Assembly: GCA_951406725.2 (NCBI GenBank)
Contig: OX597816.1
Span: 112,034,001 to 112,098,000, forward strand
DNA: 64,000 nt
Source: Octopus vulgaris
Taxonomy: Eukaryota
Direction: 5' to 3'
In this document: one piece after another, positions 38,185 through 51,495 of the stretch
Numbering within the stretch: position 1 is the first letter of the stretch
How the letters are laid out: every line of letters starts with the position of its first letter
The notes under the pieces: generated by a model
What the model was told of the DNA's origin: nothing
Seen by the model: the letters and a program-made list of their open reading frames with translations, nothing else
The model's database searches: none
Translations under genes and position numbers: made by a program

Positions 38185-39265
38185 TACTTGTTTCAATTAG
38201 TAGATTGTGGTCATGCTGGGGCACCACCTTAAATAATTTTTAGTTTAATGAATCTACTCCAGTACTTTTTTTAAAGCCTGGTGCTTATTTTTTGTTCTCT
38301 CACACTGACTTGGTAAGTTATGGGAACACAAATACACTAATGCGGTTTGTCAAATCATTGGCGAAGGACAAACACAGACACAAAGATACACACACGTATA
38401 TATATATATATACAAGGAAAGAAATAAGATGAAAAAAACATAGAAGATTTGTTTTATGAGACTAAAGAACAGACTTAAATTGTCATGATAAAAGTATTAT
38501 ACAATATTATACAAAATAAAATTTTCCCGATAATAAAATGACTGGTTTCGCTGAACCCTTTCAAATTTCGAGTGTTAGATGCAATTCGAAATGAGAAATT
38601 TTGTTTGTTAGGATGTGATAATTGGTAACCAAGGTATTTTTCAGTAAAAGGAGAGATGAATCTGTAATTTTCAATATGAATTTATATTCAGTTCTGGCTT
38701 ATATTTTTCAATAAATGAGGCCTCTTCATTTTATCGTACTTGTGTTGAGGTCCAAACAGCACATTGATATAATAGGAAGATTAGGAATATTGATATAACA
38801 GGAAGATTAGGAATTGTGGTTGCAGTCGTTCTGCACATCTGTCAATGTGCTCAGTGAGATGTATCTGGCGATATTGTGGTGAAGAGATCTGTTATCTGTG
38901 AACTGTACATCTATGTCTAAGGGACTTTTCAGTGGAACCTATATAGTTTATATAACAACCCGAGCATCTTATGACATAAATGATGTTTTCAGAGTCGCAA
39001 GTGAAATTGGATTTAATTTTGAATGTTTGTTCTTGTTTAAAATGGAATTCAGATCCTTCTAAAAGATTAGGACATGTTCTGCAGTTAGGTCGACCACATT
39101 ATTTTACTCTAGCGTATATATACGACAGGTTTTTTTCAGTTTCCCTCTATCAAGTCCACTTACAAGGTTTTAGTTGGCCCAAGGCTTTAGTAAAAGACAC
39201 AAGTAGAAGACTGGACCTGGAACCATATAGTTTGGAAGCAAACTTCTTTCCACACACCCACTCTG
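38185..39265 (-). mobile_element. family A SINE split by a Penelope insertion (3' half 38185-38411, 5' half 39114-39265)
   Basis: The two halves join at the internal (TA)n tract of the family consensus. Confidence 0.7.
38412..39113 (-). mobile_element. Penelope-like retroelement 3' fragment (GIY-YIG endonuclease)
   Basis: Minus strand CGRPNCRTCPNL...FKIKSNFTCDSENIIYVIRCSGCYINYIGSTEKSLRHRCTVHR*QI...LTEHIDRC...EASFIEKYKPELN; 26-bp internal tandem duplication at 38763-38814. Confidence 0.92.
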
Positions 39266-39783
39266 GCTTTCTAAAAAGATTTAACCAATGGAGTGAGTAT
39301 TTTTGATCCCTTCTTAAAACTTGAATTCAGTCATGTGACTCCAGAGTTTTCTTGACTATTTCACACATAGAACAAAAAGAAGAAATGAACAATTTGTGTG
39401 TGTATGTGCATGTGTGTGTGTTTGTGATTAAAAAGTAAAATTTTCATCTAATCGTTCATGTCCATGCTTTAAAATTTAATTTTAAATATTTAAAGTTATT
39501 TAAGAAAGGTTACATAAAAAAGTAAACTAACACTTAAATTATCTATTAGCATAAAGCTTCGATTCATTTAAAAAGATTATAACCAGGTAGAATTTCTCAT
39601 GCTCTCAATCACAACTCCACCACCACCACCAGGATGGCAAAAGGGTCAATTAGTTCAGTTTTCTCTCTACTTTCCCCAACTTTGAAATAGATAAGAAGAA
39701 TATTATCATTCTCGGAAAAGAGAAATCAAAGCTTAAACTGAAGTGGGCAGCAAGGAATGTCATTGTTATTTTAATTGGAAGTA

Positions 39784-40703
39784 CAGTAATCCCTCGCCAT
39801 ATTGTGGTTCAACTATCATGCACTCAGCACATCATAGTTCACCTATTGCTTACTCAGTACATCATCATAGATTTTTCTGGCTAATATATGTAAATTTATA
39901 TCGCCAACTCCTCAATAAGTTGTGGGTTTCTGTGGCTGATAGGTTTTTTACTCTTTTAATTGTTTCAGTCATGTGACTGTGGCCATGCTAGAGCACCGCC
40001 TTAAGTCGAGCAAATCGACCCCAGGATTTATTCTTTGTAAGCCTAGTACTTATTCTATTGGGCTCTTTTGCTGAACCACTAAGTTATGGGGACGTAAACA
40101 CACCAGCATCGATTGTCAAGCGATGTTGGCGGGACAAACACAGACACAAATACACACACACATATATATACATATATTCTCCGGGCTTCTTTCAGTTTCC
40201 GTCTACCAAATCCACTCACAAGGCTTTGGTCGGCCTGAGGCTGTAGTAGAAGACACCTGCCCAAGGTACCATGCAGTGAGACTGAACCCGGAACCATATG
40301 GTTCATAAGCAACCTACTTACCACACAGCCACTCCTACACCTATTTATATATTTTTAGTTCTTAATTATTTTTGTGGTAAAATAAGTATTTTCACACCAA
40401 AAAATTAATAAATTTATAAATAAAAATAGAGTACAGTACCTCACTGTATAACATTAATTAAAATATATTAAAAGAAAATACATTGTGTACTGTAGATGAG
40501 TAAACAAAGAATCGCACATACTATATGGAAAACAAAACTTGGGAAGTGAGTGCATGGTATTGTTTTACATTTATAATAAAATAACTATATACAAATTATA
40601 AAAACGATTTTTAAAATATATACAGTACAGTACTGTTTCTACTTCGTGGATTTTCACCAATAGGTTTTGGAGCATAAAACCCGCGATATTCAAGGGATTA
40701 CTG
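39784..40703. mobile_element. pogo/Tigger-like MITE with TA target duplication
   Basis: TA|cagtaatccctcgccatat ... atattcaagggattactg|TA inverted termini; a family A SINE is nested inside. Confidence 0.85.
39945..40342 (-). mobile_element. family A SINE (full length), nested in the Tigger-like MITE
   Basis: Complete reverse-complement copy from the tail to cacagccactcctacacc. Confidence 0.92.
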
Positions 40704-40829
40704 TATTATGAATAGTCAGAGTGAATGACGAGATGACCCATTCTGAACAAATTTTTCTGCTTCCCATGTCTATTAGTTTGCCAGTAAAAGAACATATTTT
40801 CTCAACTTTGAATTGATATTGAAAACGAA

Positions 40830-41100
40830 TATCACTTTCAAATGAGATTCAAAATGAAATCATTTAAGTGTGTAGCTCTTACAAGTGAAGTTGTAATTAA
40901 GCCAATGATTGAAAAACAAACAGTATTTATTGCTGTTATATTTGGTGAGACTACAAACCTTCGAATGAAATCTTAATTGTCACATGTTTTGCAATTTGCT
41001 GATGAGAAGGAAAGGCTTGAAGAAAGGTTTAGGGGATAAGTCAATGTCAATAAAGACAGAAAACCTGCATCACTGACAGCACTTGTACATCGTTATACAC
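40830..41100 (+). mobile_element. hAT (ZMYM1/DUF4371-type) transposase fragment
   Basis: LSNEIQNEII...VFIAVIFGETTNLRMKS*LSHVLQFADEKERLEERFRG*VNVNKDRKPASL matches the S..IQN.II / F.I.DETTD...QLS..LR.V...ERF.G pattern. Confidence 0.8.
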
Positions 41101-41574
41101 ATTAACTTAATTTGGTACTCTCTCAATCAGCTTCAAGAGTTCATGAATGTCAAATTTTCTTCGTAATTTTAAAAGGAATTTCGACTTTTTCCTGAAAGTT
41201 GACAGCTTGAATAGTCCCTACTGGATGAAATTGCTGGAAGATGATTTTAAAGTTATATGTACGATACTTATTTGTTACTGACTACTTCAAAATGGTGCAT
41301 CAAGGTGGGAGGAACTATTTTCATTTTCAGACTCCCCATACTTCAAAGCATATAATACTACACTTTTCACAGAATACAGAGGAGGCTGAAATACTCAGAA
41401 ATCGCCCCAAAAACCTCAGTAGATGGAGGGATTGCATGCCTTAGTTTCCTAGTCGCCCTTCACCACTGATCTGTTTCCACCTTTTCACATTGTTTACCTC
41501 TGAACCAACATTACTTTTCCTCTTACCAAGTTTGATAGAAGAAGTACCAGATAATAAACTCATATCAAATTTTG

Positions 41575-41745
41575 GCTAATTGATTCCATCAATCCCAGTG
41601 TTCAGCAGGTACTTGTTTTATCACCCCCAAAAGAATGAAAGGCAAAGTTGATCTCAGCAGAGTTTGAACCCAGAACAGAAAGACAGACAAAATGCTGCTA
41701 AGCATTTTTGTCTGGCATGCTAATGATTCTGCTAGCTTACCACCT
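41575..41745 (-). mobile_element. family B SINE
   Basis: aaagaatgaaaggcaaagttgatctcagcagagtttgaaccc...gctagcttaccacc. Confidence 0.8.
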
Positions 41746-41915
41746 TAGTAACAGACATTATATTAGAATTGATAAAATTAAATAAAAACCCTTGAAGGTG
41801 ATGGCATTAGCATGACCACACACGGTTGATTGAAACCAGTAAAAGAAGAGAGGAATAAATAAAAAATGTTTTTAGCTTCTTCTGTAAGATGTGTGATTTT
41901 TTTTTGTACTAACTA

Positions 41916-42306
41916 GGCATAGGAGTGGCTGTGTGGTAAGTAGCTTGCTTACCAACCACATGGTTCCCGGTTCAGTCCCACTGCGTGGCACCTTGGGCAA
42001 GTGTCTTCTACTATAGCCTCGGGCCAACCAAAGCCTTATGAGTGGATTTGGTAGAGGGAAACTGAAGGAAGCCCAACGTATATGTGTATGTGTGTGTATA
42101 TGTTTGTCCCCCCAACATTGCTTTACAACCGTTGCTGTTGTGTTTACGTCCCCGTAACTTAGCAGTTCAGCAAAAGAGACCGATAGAATAAGTACTAGGC
42201 TTACAAAGAATAAGTCCTGGGGTCGATTTGCTCGACTAAAGGTGGTGCTCCCACATGGCCACAGTCAATTGACTGAAACAAATAAAAGAATAAAAAAGAG
42301 TAAAAG
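41916..42306 (+). mobile_element. family A SINE (full length) with apparent TSD actaact
   Basis: ggcataggagtggctgtgtggtaag A-box, ggttcagtccc B-box, internal (TG)n, aaaaga tail; actaact occurs at both flanks. Confidence 0.92.
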
Positions 42307-42639
42307 ACTAACTTTTTATTCTTACAGAAGAAACAGGAGATCATTTTTAGTTGAATATTCAAAAATACCTGGAAATGATGAGAACTGAGACAAAAATTGG
42401 GGAAGGGCTGAAGATGAGGTTTTTCTATATAGATCAGATGTATCCTGCTTTAATATGTAATTCAAACTATAGTTTCAGAGAAACAACTATCCAAATGTCA
42501 TGTCAAGAATGCTGGTGAATGCTCTTTCAAAAATAAGGACCAGTATCAACGAAGTAATTTGAAACAAAGAAGCAGACTTATTATTTCTAAAATAGGAAAT
42601 CCAAACCACAGCGAGTAAAGTTACCAATAGAACTATTCT

Positions 42640-42965
42640 ATACTGGTTATGACGTTTGTTATGACAATGAGTTTTCCAGTTGATCAGATCAAATGAAGAG
42701 CCTACTCATGAAATTATTGAGCAAGTGGCTGGGCACACCACAGACATGTGTATCCTTAACATAGTTCTGAGGGAGATTCGATGTGACACAGAATATGACA
42801 AGGCTGACCCTTCTGAAATACCAATATTACTAATTTTTGGCAGCTGAATGGACTGCAGCAATGTGAAGTAAAGTATCTGGCTCAAGGACACAATATGCTG
42901 CCAGGTATTGAATTCATGTCCTTACAATCATGAGTCAAATACCCTAACCACTGAGCCATGTGCCT
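42640..42965 (-). mobile_element. family E SINE
   Basis: Reverse-complement match to 16010-16320. Confidence 0.75.
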
Positions 42966-43487
42966 GAATGCATTATGTATGAGTCATATGCATCTCCTGG
43001 GTATGGTTGTAAAATTAAAAAAAGCTTACTTTGCATTTATGAGGTTTTGAGTTCAAACCATTGCATGGCAGCCTGTCTTCATAACCTCAAGTCAGTCAAA
43101 ATTTTGTGAGTGAAATTTGGTTGAGAGTAACAGGGAGGAAATCTGTGGCAAAGACCATTCCTGTTTTTAGTCTTTTGATTTAAATTACTGTCTAAATTTT
43201 GGGTGTTGTTAGTGGAATTCACATCATTGCTGGCATTTGGGCCTGGTCACAGGTCTAAGAATAGATTTTTCACTTGTCTTTTGTCTCAGAGGCCCTCTGT
43301 GTGTGTGTGTGTGTGCACACGCATGTGTGTGTATTTGTGTGTGTGTGCATGTGTGTGTATGTGTATTTGTGTGTGTGTGTGCATGTGTGTATTTGTGTGT
43401 GTATGCATGTGTATGTGTGTATCTATGTGTGTGTGTGTGTGTGCATGCATGCGCATGCAAAATATTTCAATTCATGGATAAATGGTA

Positions 43488-43899
43488 GGCGTAGGAGTGG
43501 CTGTGTGGTAAGTAGCTTGCTTACCAACCACATAGTTCCGGGTTCATTCCCACTGTGTAAGACCTTGGGCAAGTGTTTTCTACTATAACCTCGAGCCAAC
43601 CAAAGCCTTGTGAGTGGATTTGGTAGATGGAAAATGAAGGAAGCTCATCGTATATAAAAATATAAATATGTATGTGTGTGTATATGTTTGTGTGTCTGTG
43701 TTTGTCCCCCCAACATCACTTGACAACCGATGCTGGTGTGTTTACGTCCCTGTCACTTAGCGGTTCGGCAAAAGAGACCGATAGAATAAGTACTAGGCTT
43801 ACAAAGAATAAGTCCTGGGGTCAATTTGCTCGACTAAAGGCGATGCTCCAGCATGGCCACAGTCAAATGACTGAAACAATTAAAAGAGAAAAAGAGTAA
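43488..43899 (+). mobile_element. family A SINE (full length)
   Basis: High similarity to the 41916 copy. Confidence 0.92.
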
Positions 43900-45124
43900 T
43901 ACTTAAATAATATAGGTAGAAAGACACCTGAGAATAATCACTTCTAAAGCACCAGTGATCTTCAATTCCAAGTACATCTTTCTAGCCAGACCTCCATTCT
44001 AAAATAATCATAACTCTCAACATAATTAAATGACTCAGTTCATTAAGTAAGATGCAAATGACCAACCTAATCATAATCTTTATAGCACATATAGAGAAAG
44101 CTTTCAAGAAAGATAATAGTGGCAATATGTATAATGCCACCTTATATATCTTCACTGGAGTTGTTAATACTGTTATAGATGTCATTGAGTGGTTTTTCAG
44201 TGCAGAATCATTGTAAGTTATGAGCCTTGATTAAGCTATAAATTACTGTCTTTCCATAATCAAGTCAGTTCTCTAAACATTGACTAAGAAGGCAGCATAT
44301 GTGGACTCTCAACTTGAATCCTTAAAAAGCAACAAATCTTTTCAATCTGGGTTTTTCCCCCAGCAGAAACCAGGATATGGTTAATGCAATTTCAAGACCA
44401 AATAATTTTAGCTATAATAAAAGAAAGAAGAAAAAAAACAGTTATTCTTGTCTACAAAGATTAATGGTTGATAAGCTGAAATTATTGGAAACCAAGCAAT
44501 GGAAAAATGGGTCAATAAATTTAGTTTTATTGTAAATTCATAAACCACATTTTGTTAAGTGAATCAATTAATGGAAAATCTTGAACTAGAGATAATTAAA
44601 CTGACTTTGATTTCAAGATTTTATTTTATATATGCAAAAAGGAAGGTGTAGAAATCTAGATTTAAATATGGTGAGTTAGCAGCAATAAGAAAGTCTGAGG
44701 TATCTGCTGAATTGGAAATATTCTCTAAGTCTCTTAGATCAGAGTTAACCCTCTTTAATATCTGTTGCTGATGAGAAGAAAACTACTTTGAAATGCATGA
44801 ATCCACTAGTCCACTAAAGGGTGCTCTGAACTGACCATGGTGTTTTTATGCATTTTTGTCTCTAGTGAGAATACTTCTTCTTGATGACAAACTGCAGTAA
44901 AAAACCTTAAGGGTCCAAAATATCTCTCAAATATATTTCAACTAGCATTATGTTTATTTCTCTCTCAGTCACAACTTAGCACATCAACTCAGGAGAACAA
45001 TCATCATAGAAAAAATGCTCTTGCTAGTAATAAACATTCTGATGATAATAAACTTTCAGTTGTGTAATATCAGTTACAATAACAACAGCAGAAAGACATA
45101 TTTATCAACTGTTTGGAGACTCAA

Positions 45125-46140
45125 ATAAGGTGTCTAACATTTATACTGAAGTGTCATAAATGTGTAAAATTAGATCACCTTTCCAAATATTGACAGTCAG
45201 TCCCTACATACAACATCAATGAAGATTCATATGAATATAGCAATGCTTCCATGATCAATGTCAACAATATAGATCTTCATATTAAAGTTATTCTACTATA
45301 AACTGAATGATGTTCAAATGAAAATAGATAGCAGCCGATCTTGTTTGGTTGTTACAAATTCCTTTATCAATAAGATTCATTTGACATTAATTCACCAGCC
45401 AAAATCTTTAACAACCTATGATGGTTCAGTATTGAAAATGAAGGGAACTGTAATTGCTAATATTCATATTCAAGATTATGGAACAGGAATTTGTTGCAAA
45501 AGTTCTCCATACGACTTTGCATTAATTGAAAGTGACGTATCAAGCTACATTTTGTTTTAATGCTAACAGTTATTTAGCCATTATGAAGAGTTACATAACT
45601 AGTATTACATATAAATATCTTGAGTATAATGAGATAACTTCTGCTCATAAAATACCTTTCGATTTACAAACTGAAGTTATGACAGAGTTAAGTAACCTCA
45701 AGCATCTTGGTGTAATATTACTATGATCAGAATAATGTCAGGTGTGGTGAAGGTAAGAATGAAATATGGATTGCTTTGAATGTGTGTAGATTACAAAGTT
45801 CACCTTAATGCAAATATTGACACATACACTCACCCTTTATCAACTATTGATTATACATTCTCTGAAATGAAGAGAGAAAAGTTTTTCTCTGCAATGCATA
45901 TTGGCAAACATGTGCTATCAATACCTCTAATGATATATATCATGTAAACCATTTACAGATCGGTTTTAAACATCTATTAACATATTTCAAGTGTTTAGAG
46001 AATGAAATGAAAGATATTCAAAGTGTTCAAATATATTGAAGTGGTATTTTATAATTTGAAAACTTGGTAAAAATATTTTAGGAATCATTGTATTGTCAAG
46101 TGGCATTATGCCATCAAAATCATTGGTGGAGTGAAAAGTT
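45125..46140 (+). mobile_element. Ty3/gypsy LTR-retrotransposon relic: gag zinc knuckle, protease, RT
   Basis: CHKCVKLDHLSKY* (CX2CX4HX4C with the last Cys lost), MKIDSSRSCLVV...LTTYDGSVLKMKG (DSG-type protease), KIPFDLQTEVMTELSNLKHLGVI, MCVDYKVHLNANIDTYTHPLSTID, CLENEMKDIQSVQIY*SGIL, LGIIVLSSGIMPS. Confidence 0.85.
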
Positions 46141-46682
46141 GCTGTGACAAGAAACCGTTACTGAGCATCAAGCCTTTTTTCATTAAGTGCAAACGACCAG
46201 CTTGAGTATTCAAGGCACAATCGTTAGCATAACTACTATTGCACATTAAAGCTGCTAACCTTACTAAAGTATATAATGATGCCCTTGGATTGGAATTTCT
46301 AGTAATGATTTTTTATCATTCCCCAACACCTTAATGGCTGTGTTCTTAAAGTATTTTTCAATCCTTGCTGATCAATGATTAAATCCAAGTGGTGGAGTTA
46401 TGATTTCCTCTTCAATAACAGGATCAAAATTAGACTACTACAGCTTCCATTCAAATGTTTGTTGAACCTAATTTCTCAGAATGTCATTGCAGCAATTACC
46501 AATGGAACCTTTTTTAGTGGACTGAAAATTTGCCTGCACTAGATTTCTTTAATGTATCAACAACAGAGTAATTAGCAAATGTGTGGAACCATAATTTTAT
46601 TAATTTTTTGTAGAGCTCAGTCTTCTGAACAGGGCTATATCTTTAGTTGAGAAAGTGTCATTTCAATCATCTGGGTATCTAA

Positions 46683-46898
46683 TAATCCTTTCTACTACAA
46701 GCATAAGGTCTAAAATCCTATGAGAGGGGATTAGTTAATATCATCAACCCTAGTGCTCAACTGGTACTTATTTTATTGACCCTGAAAGAATGAAAGGCAA
46801 GGTTGATCTCAACAGGATTTGAATTCAGAACATAAAGATAGACAAAATGTTAGCTGCATTTTGTCCAACATGCTAACAATTCTGCCAGTTCACTGCTT
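46683..46898 (-). mobile_element. family B SINE
   Basis: ctggtacttattttattgaccctgaaagaatgaaaggcaagg...gctaacaattctgccag. Confidence 0.8.
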
Positions 46899-47129
46899 TT
46901 CTCTGGGTGACAAATAACAGTAGAATATGAGTAGTATCAAGCAGTTTAAGAGGATCAAACCATCTGTACTAAACTTTTACGTGGACAAAGCCATCCAGGT
47001 AAAAACTGTTTTGTTGATTAGAAACACTGAAAGTTAAATAGTCTTTCATGAATTCAAGCTGAAACATGGACCTAACTACAGTTTCAGTGGAAAGGAGAAA
47101 ACAAATTTCTTAAAAATATCACAATTTTG

Positions 47130-48520
47130 TTTTTCTGACATTTTTCTTGCATGAAGAACAAGTGTTATTGTTCTCCATAAAGTTCCATTTAATCACTCGC
47201 TACTTGACTATTTCCTGTAGATGGAATAGAGATGTTTTACTTTGGGCTATATAATTACTTTCTCAAAAGATAAAAGACATTGAGAAATAAAAAGGGATCT
47301 ACAGTTTGAGTGGGCCAAAGCTGAAGCATCAAACATGAAGAATATATTCTGAGATGCTCGAATGATTTTGTTCCTCAGTAAGTATTGGCTTAATGAGGCT
47401 TTCATTTTGGAAAGTGCTATGCATTCATAACATCGCTTTTTAACATTTCCCAAAGAAAATAGTTTTTAGATCTAATTCAGTAATATGTAATTGAGTTACT
47501 CCAGGAGGGAACAAAGGGAACAAAAGCTTCTGCAAATCTGTGATTCTAAGAGATGGTAAAAAGGAGAATCTGGAAAGAACATCAGCAGTTTTGTTATCTT
47601 TTCCAAATATGTGTCAGATATCATTATTAAAGAATCGTGAGACAAGGATTCCAAAGAACAATTTTATTTCTGTTTTTTTTTATGATAGCCAGAGCCATCT
47701 TTTCGAATGATGATGGATTTTAGCTCAGAGCAGGAAAGAGATTTGGAGAAGAAAGTAACAGGTTTATTACATGGTGTAAGAATATCCAAAATTATAATTC
47801 CAGAAACATCAGTTTTAAGATGCCGTGTAATTTCAAGTCAAATGGGTGAGAAAGTTTTAAGTAGATTATAGGCATCCTGATGTGGTTTTTCATAATAGTA
47901 AAATATGATTTGCTAGGGGTTGAACTTAGTTCCAAGTTAGGGGACGCTCTGCCTAAACAAACTTAGGAGTCATTCTCATTTAGAATTGCTTGGTGTTGTG
48001 TAATCAACATGATATTTTAATTTTTCCTGGTCAGGCTGCATGGAATTATTTTTTAGGTAACAAGTGAATAATTGATGGAGAAAATTTATTTTTTTCCATT
48101 CCCTCGGTTAAGTACAAAGATGACTGACTTAGTGCAGGATCATTCAAATTAAAAGTTATGCAGTGACTCTAAAATCAAATCATAACAAATAAGTGAAGAA
48201 ACTTAGAAAAGAAACATTATTACTAAAGACCATCCCCTAATGCTTAAAATTATTTGAACAATCATAACAACAAACCGTTTATCCCAGAGAGATTCGGAGT
48301 GAATATTCTTTGGAAAATACAGACCATTCATATTGCCATTTAACCAGTAATACAGAAGTCAAGAAGTTGTATAAGATGGCCGGGTTTATCATATTCAGGG
48401 AAACAGGATATAAAATTGTGTTTGTAATATCAAAACTTTTGATTTTCAGGAATTTCAAATAGTGATACCTGACTTGTATGAGCCAATGAGAAAGCTTTCC
48501 CATGATTCTTTGATCTGACA
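47130..48520 (-). mobile_element. second Ty3/gypsy relic: RT, RNase H, integrase zinc domain
   Basis: Minus strand SFDITNTIL, IFQRIFTPNLSGING, MQPDQEKLK, PFDLKLHGILKTDVSG...KPVTFFSKSLSCSEL...FEKMALAII, DI*HIFGKDNKTADVLSR, TCSSCKKN; RT-RH-IN order is gypsy-type. Confidence 0.85.
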
Positions 48521-48743
48521 AAATATAGTGGCCAAATCTCCCTCAAATTACGCCCCAGGGACAAAGTTGGATAATGTGGTACTGAGTTTCTTGCACAGAG
48601 GAAGCAGACAGGATGGACACGACTGAAATGTTTTTGATTGTCGGTGAGCTCAATCAGTGTTGACCAGTAGTGATCAGCTAAACAATAATTTGGTCAGTAA
48701 GTAAAGCTTGTCAAAATAATCCATATCAATGTTGTTTACATAT

Positions 48744-48745
<2 letters not shown>

Positions 48746-48775
<30 letters not shown>

Positions 48776-49122
48776 ATTTGGCTCAAAAGCAAATAGCAAG
48801 GCCATGTAGGGGGACATGGAGTTAAGTACAGGGTGGTGTTCATGTAAAGAGTTCAGACCATTTGAGGTCAAGGGAGGCTTTGAACAAAGCGGTCGTCGGC
48901 ATCTTCACCATCTCGTCTGGCAGCTTGTTCCACGGATCCGCAACCCGGACGGAGAAAGCTCCTCTCCTTCGATTGAGATGAAATCGTCACAGGTAGAGCT
49001 TTTCGGAATGACCCCGCAGCCGACGCTCTGGAGCAGGAGTGAAGAACAGCTCTTTCGAGAGGTTACACTTTCCGCTTATGATGTTGTGGGCGAGAATGAG
49101 ATCACCACGGCGGCGGCGTTTT
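48746..49122 (-). mobile_element. CR1 LINE 3' end, young, 5'-truncated, with (TAAC)n tail
   Basis: KRRRRGDLILAHNIISGKCNLSKELFFTPAPERRLRGHSEKLYL*RFHLNRRRGAFSVRVADPWNKLPDEMVKMPTTALFKASLD; one stop; CpG-rich; (ttag)n at 48746-48774. Confidence 0.93.
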
Positions 49123-49484
49123 ACAAGAGAATAAAGGTCGAGCGTCCTTTATAGGATATTGGAATATCTTATATATAAGATATTGGAAACATTTCGAAAT
49201 GTTGAATCATATTGCTCAGGGTTTGTAGTCTTGCAAGTTACATGACGATCCGCAGGTGGCATAAAAAGTATACTCTGTAAAGTGGTTTGTGCTATGAAAG
49301 GCAGCCAGCCACGAAAGCCATAAAGATACTGGCACATGATGCAGATCTTGAGCCCATAAGTTCCTGCCAAACTGTCCAACCCATGCCATTATGGGACATA
49401 GACATTAAATGATGACAATAACAATGATGATGATGGAGGGAAACGGTGACAATGGTGATGACAACAATGATGGTGACGATGATA

Positions 49485-49529
<45 letters not shown>

Positions 49530-49930
49530 GAAGCTTTCTCCAATTCTGATAGAAAGGTTGAGATATTAAAGTTCAAGTTAGCTGAAATATTTTTTTTTAA
49601 ATATGGCGTTTCAAACACTCAGATAATGGTGCTAAATTTGTAGCCTTAAAGCAATTCTTTAACTCAGTTGGTTGCAATAAATTAGAATTGCAAAATATAT
49701 TGCTACAAATTAAATGGCCTAGCAGAAAAGGAGGATCAAACAATAAAGCAAGCTATGAAATATCATCATCCCAGAATTGCTAATTTTGATTTATATTTGC
49801 ACAAGATAGATATTAATCATGGAACTGCCACAGGTGGCTTTAGAAAGTCTCAATCTGAAAAATTAATTGGAAGGAATCTACAAATTGCTACAAATCCATT
49901 TTTCTGAAATTGGTGAAAAGGTTTCACATA

Positions 49931-50345
49931 GGCGTAGGAGTGACTGTGTTGTAAGTAAATTGCTTACAAACCACATGGTTCTGGGTTCAATCCCACCAAG
50001 TGGCACCTTGGGCAAGTGTCTTCTACTATAGCCTTGGGCCAACCAAAGCCTTGTGAGTGGATTTGGTAGATGGAAACTGAAAGAAGACTGTCGTATATAT
50101 GTATCTATACATGTGTGTGTGTGTATGTGTGTGTATGTTTGTTTGTGTTTGTCCCCCAACATCGCTTGACAACTAATGCTGGTGTGTTTACGTCCCTCTA
50201 ACTTAGCAGTTTGGCAAAAGAGACCGATAGAATAAGTACTAGGCTTACAAAGAATAAGTCCTCGGGGTCAATTTGCTCGACTAAAGGTGGTGCTCCAGCA
50301 TGGCCACAGTCAAATGACTGAAACAATTAAAAGAGTAAAAGAGTA
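49931..50345 (+). mobile_element. family A SINE (full length)
   Basis: Matches the other A copies. Confidence 0.92.
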
Positions 50346-50629
50346 TAAGTTGATGTCATTTGCTACTGCAGTTAATTACATTGTTAATTCTGGACACATC
50401 ATTGCATGTATAAAAAAGATAACTGATTATGTTTCAGTTTGTTTCAGTTGAACATCTAGCACCATTGCTGATAGCAGCAGATGAAAATAATATAATTCAA
50501 TCCCTATAAAAGATGACATAACAACTGACTCGTGATGTAACAGAGGATAACTAAATAAGGTTTTGGTATAAAACAGTGACAGATACCACATAGAGCTGAA
50601 AATGTTACTATATCATCATTTACAATATA

Positions 50630-50791
50630 GGCATAAGAGTGGCTGTGTGGTAAGTAGCTTGCTTACCAACCACATGGTTCCAGGTTCAGTCCCACTGTGT
50701 GGTACCTTGGGCAAGTGTCTTCTACTATAGCCTCGGGCCAACCAAAGCCTTGTGAGTGGATTTCGTAGATGGAAACTGAAAGAAGGCCGTC

Positions 50792-50826
<35 letters not shown>

Positions 50827-51080
50827 TATATATATGTGTGTGTGTGTGTGTGCATGTGTGTGTTTGTGTGTGTGTGTGTTTGTGTGTCTGTGTGTCCCCC
50901 CAACATCGCTTGACAACTGATGCTGTTGTGTTTACATCCCCATAACTTAGAGGTTCGGCAAAAGAGATCGATAGAACAAGTACTAGGCTTACAAAGAATA
51001 AGTCCTGGGTTCGATTTGCTTGACTAAAAGGCAGTGCTCAAGCATGGCCACAGTCAACTGACTGAAACAACTAACAGAGT
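50630..51080 (+). mobile_element. family A SINE (full length, expanded internal microsatellite)
   Basis: Matches the other A copies. Confidence 0.92.
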
Positions 51081-51154
51081 AATATTCTTAGGAATTATCA
51101 CATTTGTACAGAAATTCAGAAGCCATTGTGTTATTGAGAGAAATAATAATATTT

Positions 51155-51495
51155 CTTTTGTGATCTCACCAAGGTCAACTTTATCTTTCATCATTCATCA
51201 GGTAACAAAATAAAGTATCAGCCATACAGTGGAGTCAATATAACTGATTAATTCCACCTCTCCAAAATTCCAGATCTATATACAAAAACTAGCTGAAGCT
51301 TTGAAGCATCAAACAACTTGTTTTATGATTCTTCTTTCAACTTATTGTATTCTGCGTTCAAATCACACTCAGATCAACTTTGCCTTTTAGTATTTCAAGG
51401 TCAATGACATAAAGTACCAGTCAAGTACTATGCCTGACATTACCAACGAACCCCCTACCCTCGAAATTGCTGGCCTACCATTCAAATTAGCAGCA
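51155..51495 (+). mobile_element. two partial, diverged family B SINEs
   Basis: caactttatctttcatc...aaagtatcag (51155-51285) and gttcaaatcac...caactttgcctt...aagtaccag (51340-51495). Confidence 0.6.

Noticed and set aside
44767-44800. CTGATGA...GAAA hammerhead-like match
   Set aside because: Weak stem II, G at the cleavage position, no stem I.
48746-48774. (TTAG)n as telomere-like repeat
   Set aside because: Not TTAGGG; it is the CR1 3' tail.
48816-49154. 112-aa + strand ORF
   Set aside because: It is the antisense frame of the CR1 ORF2 fragment.
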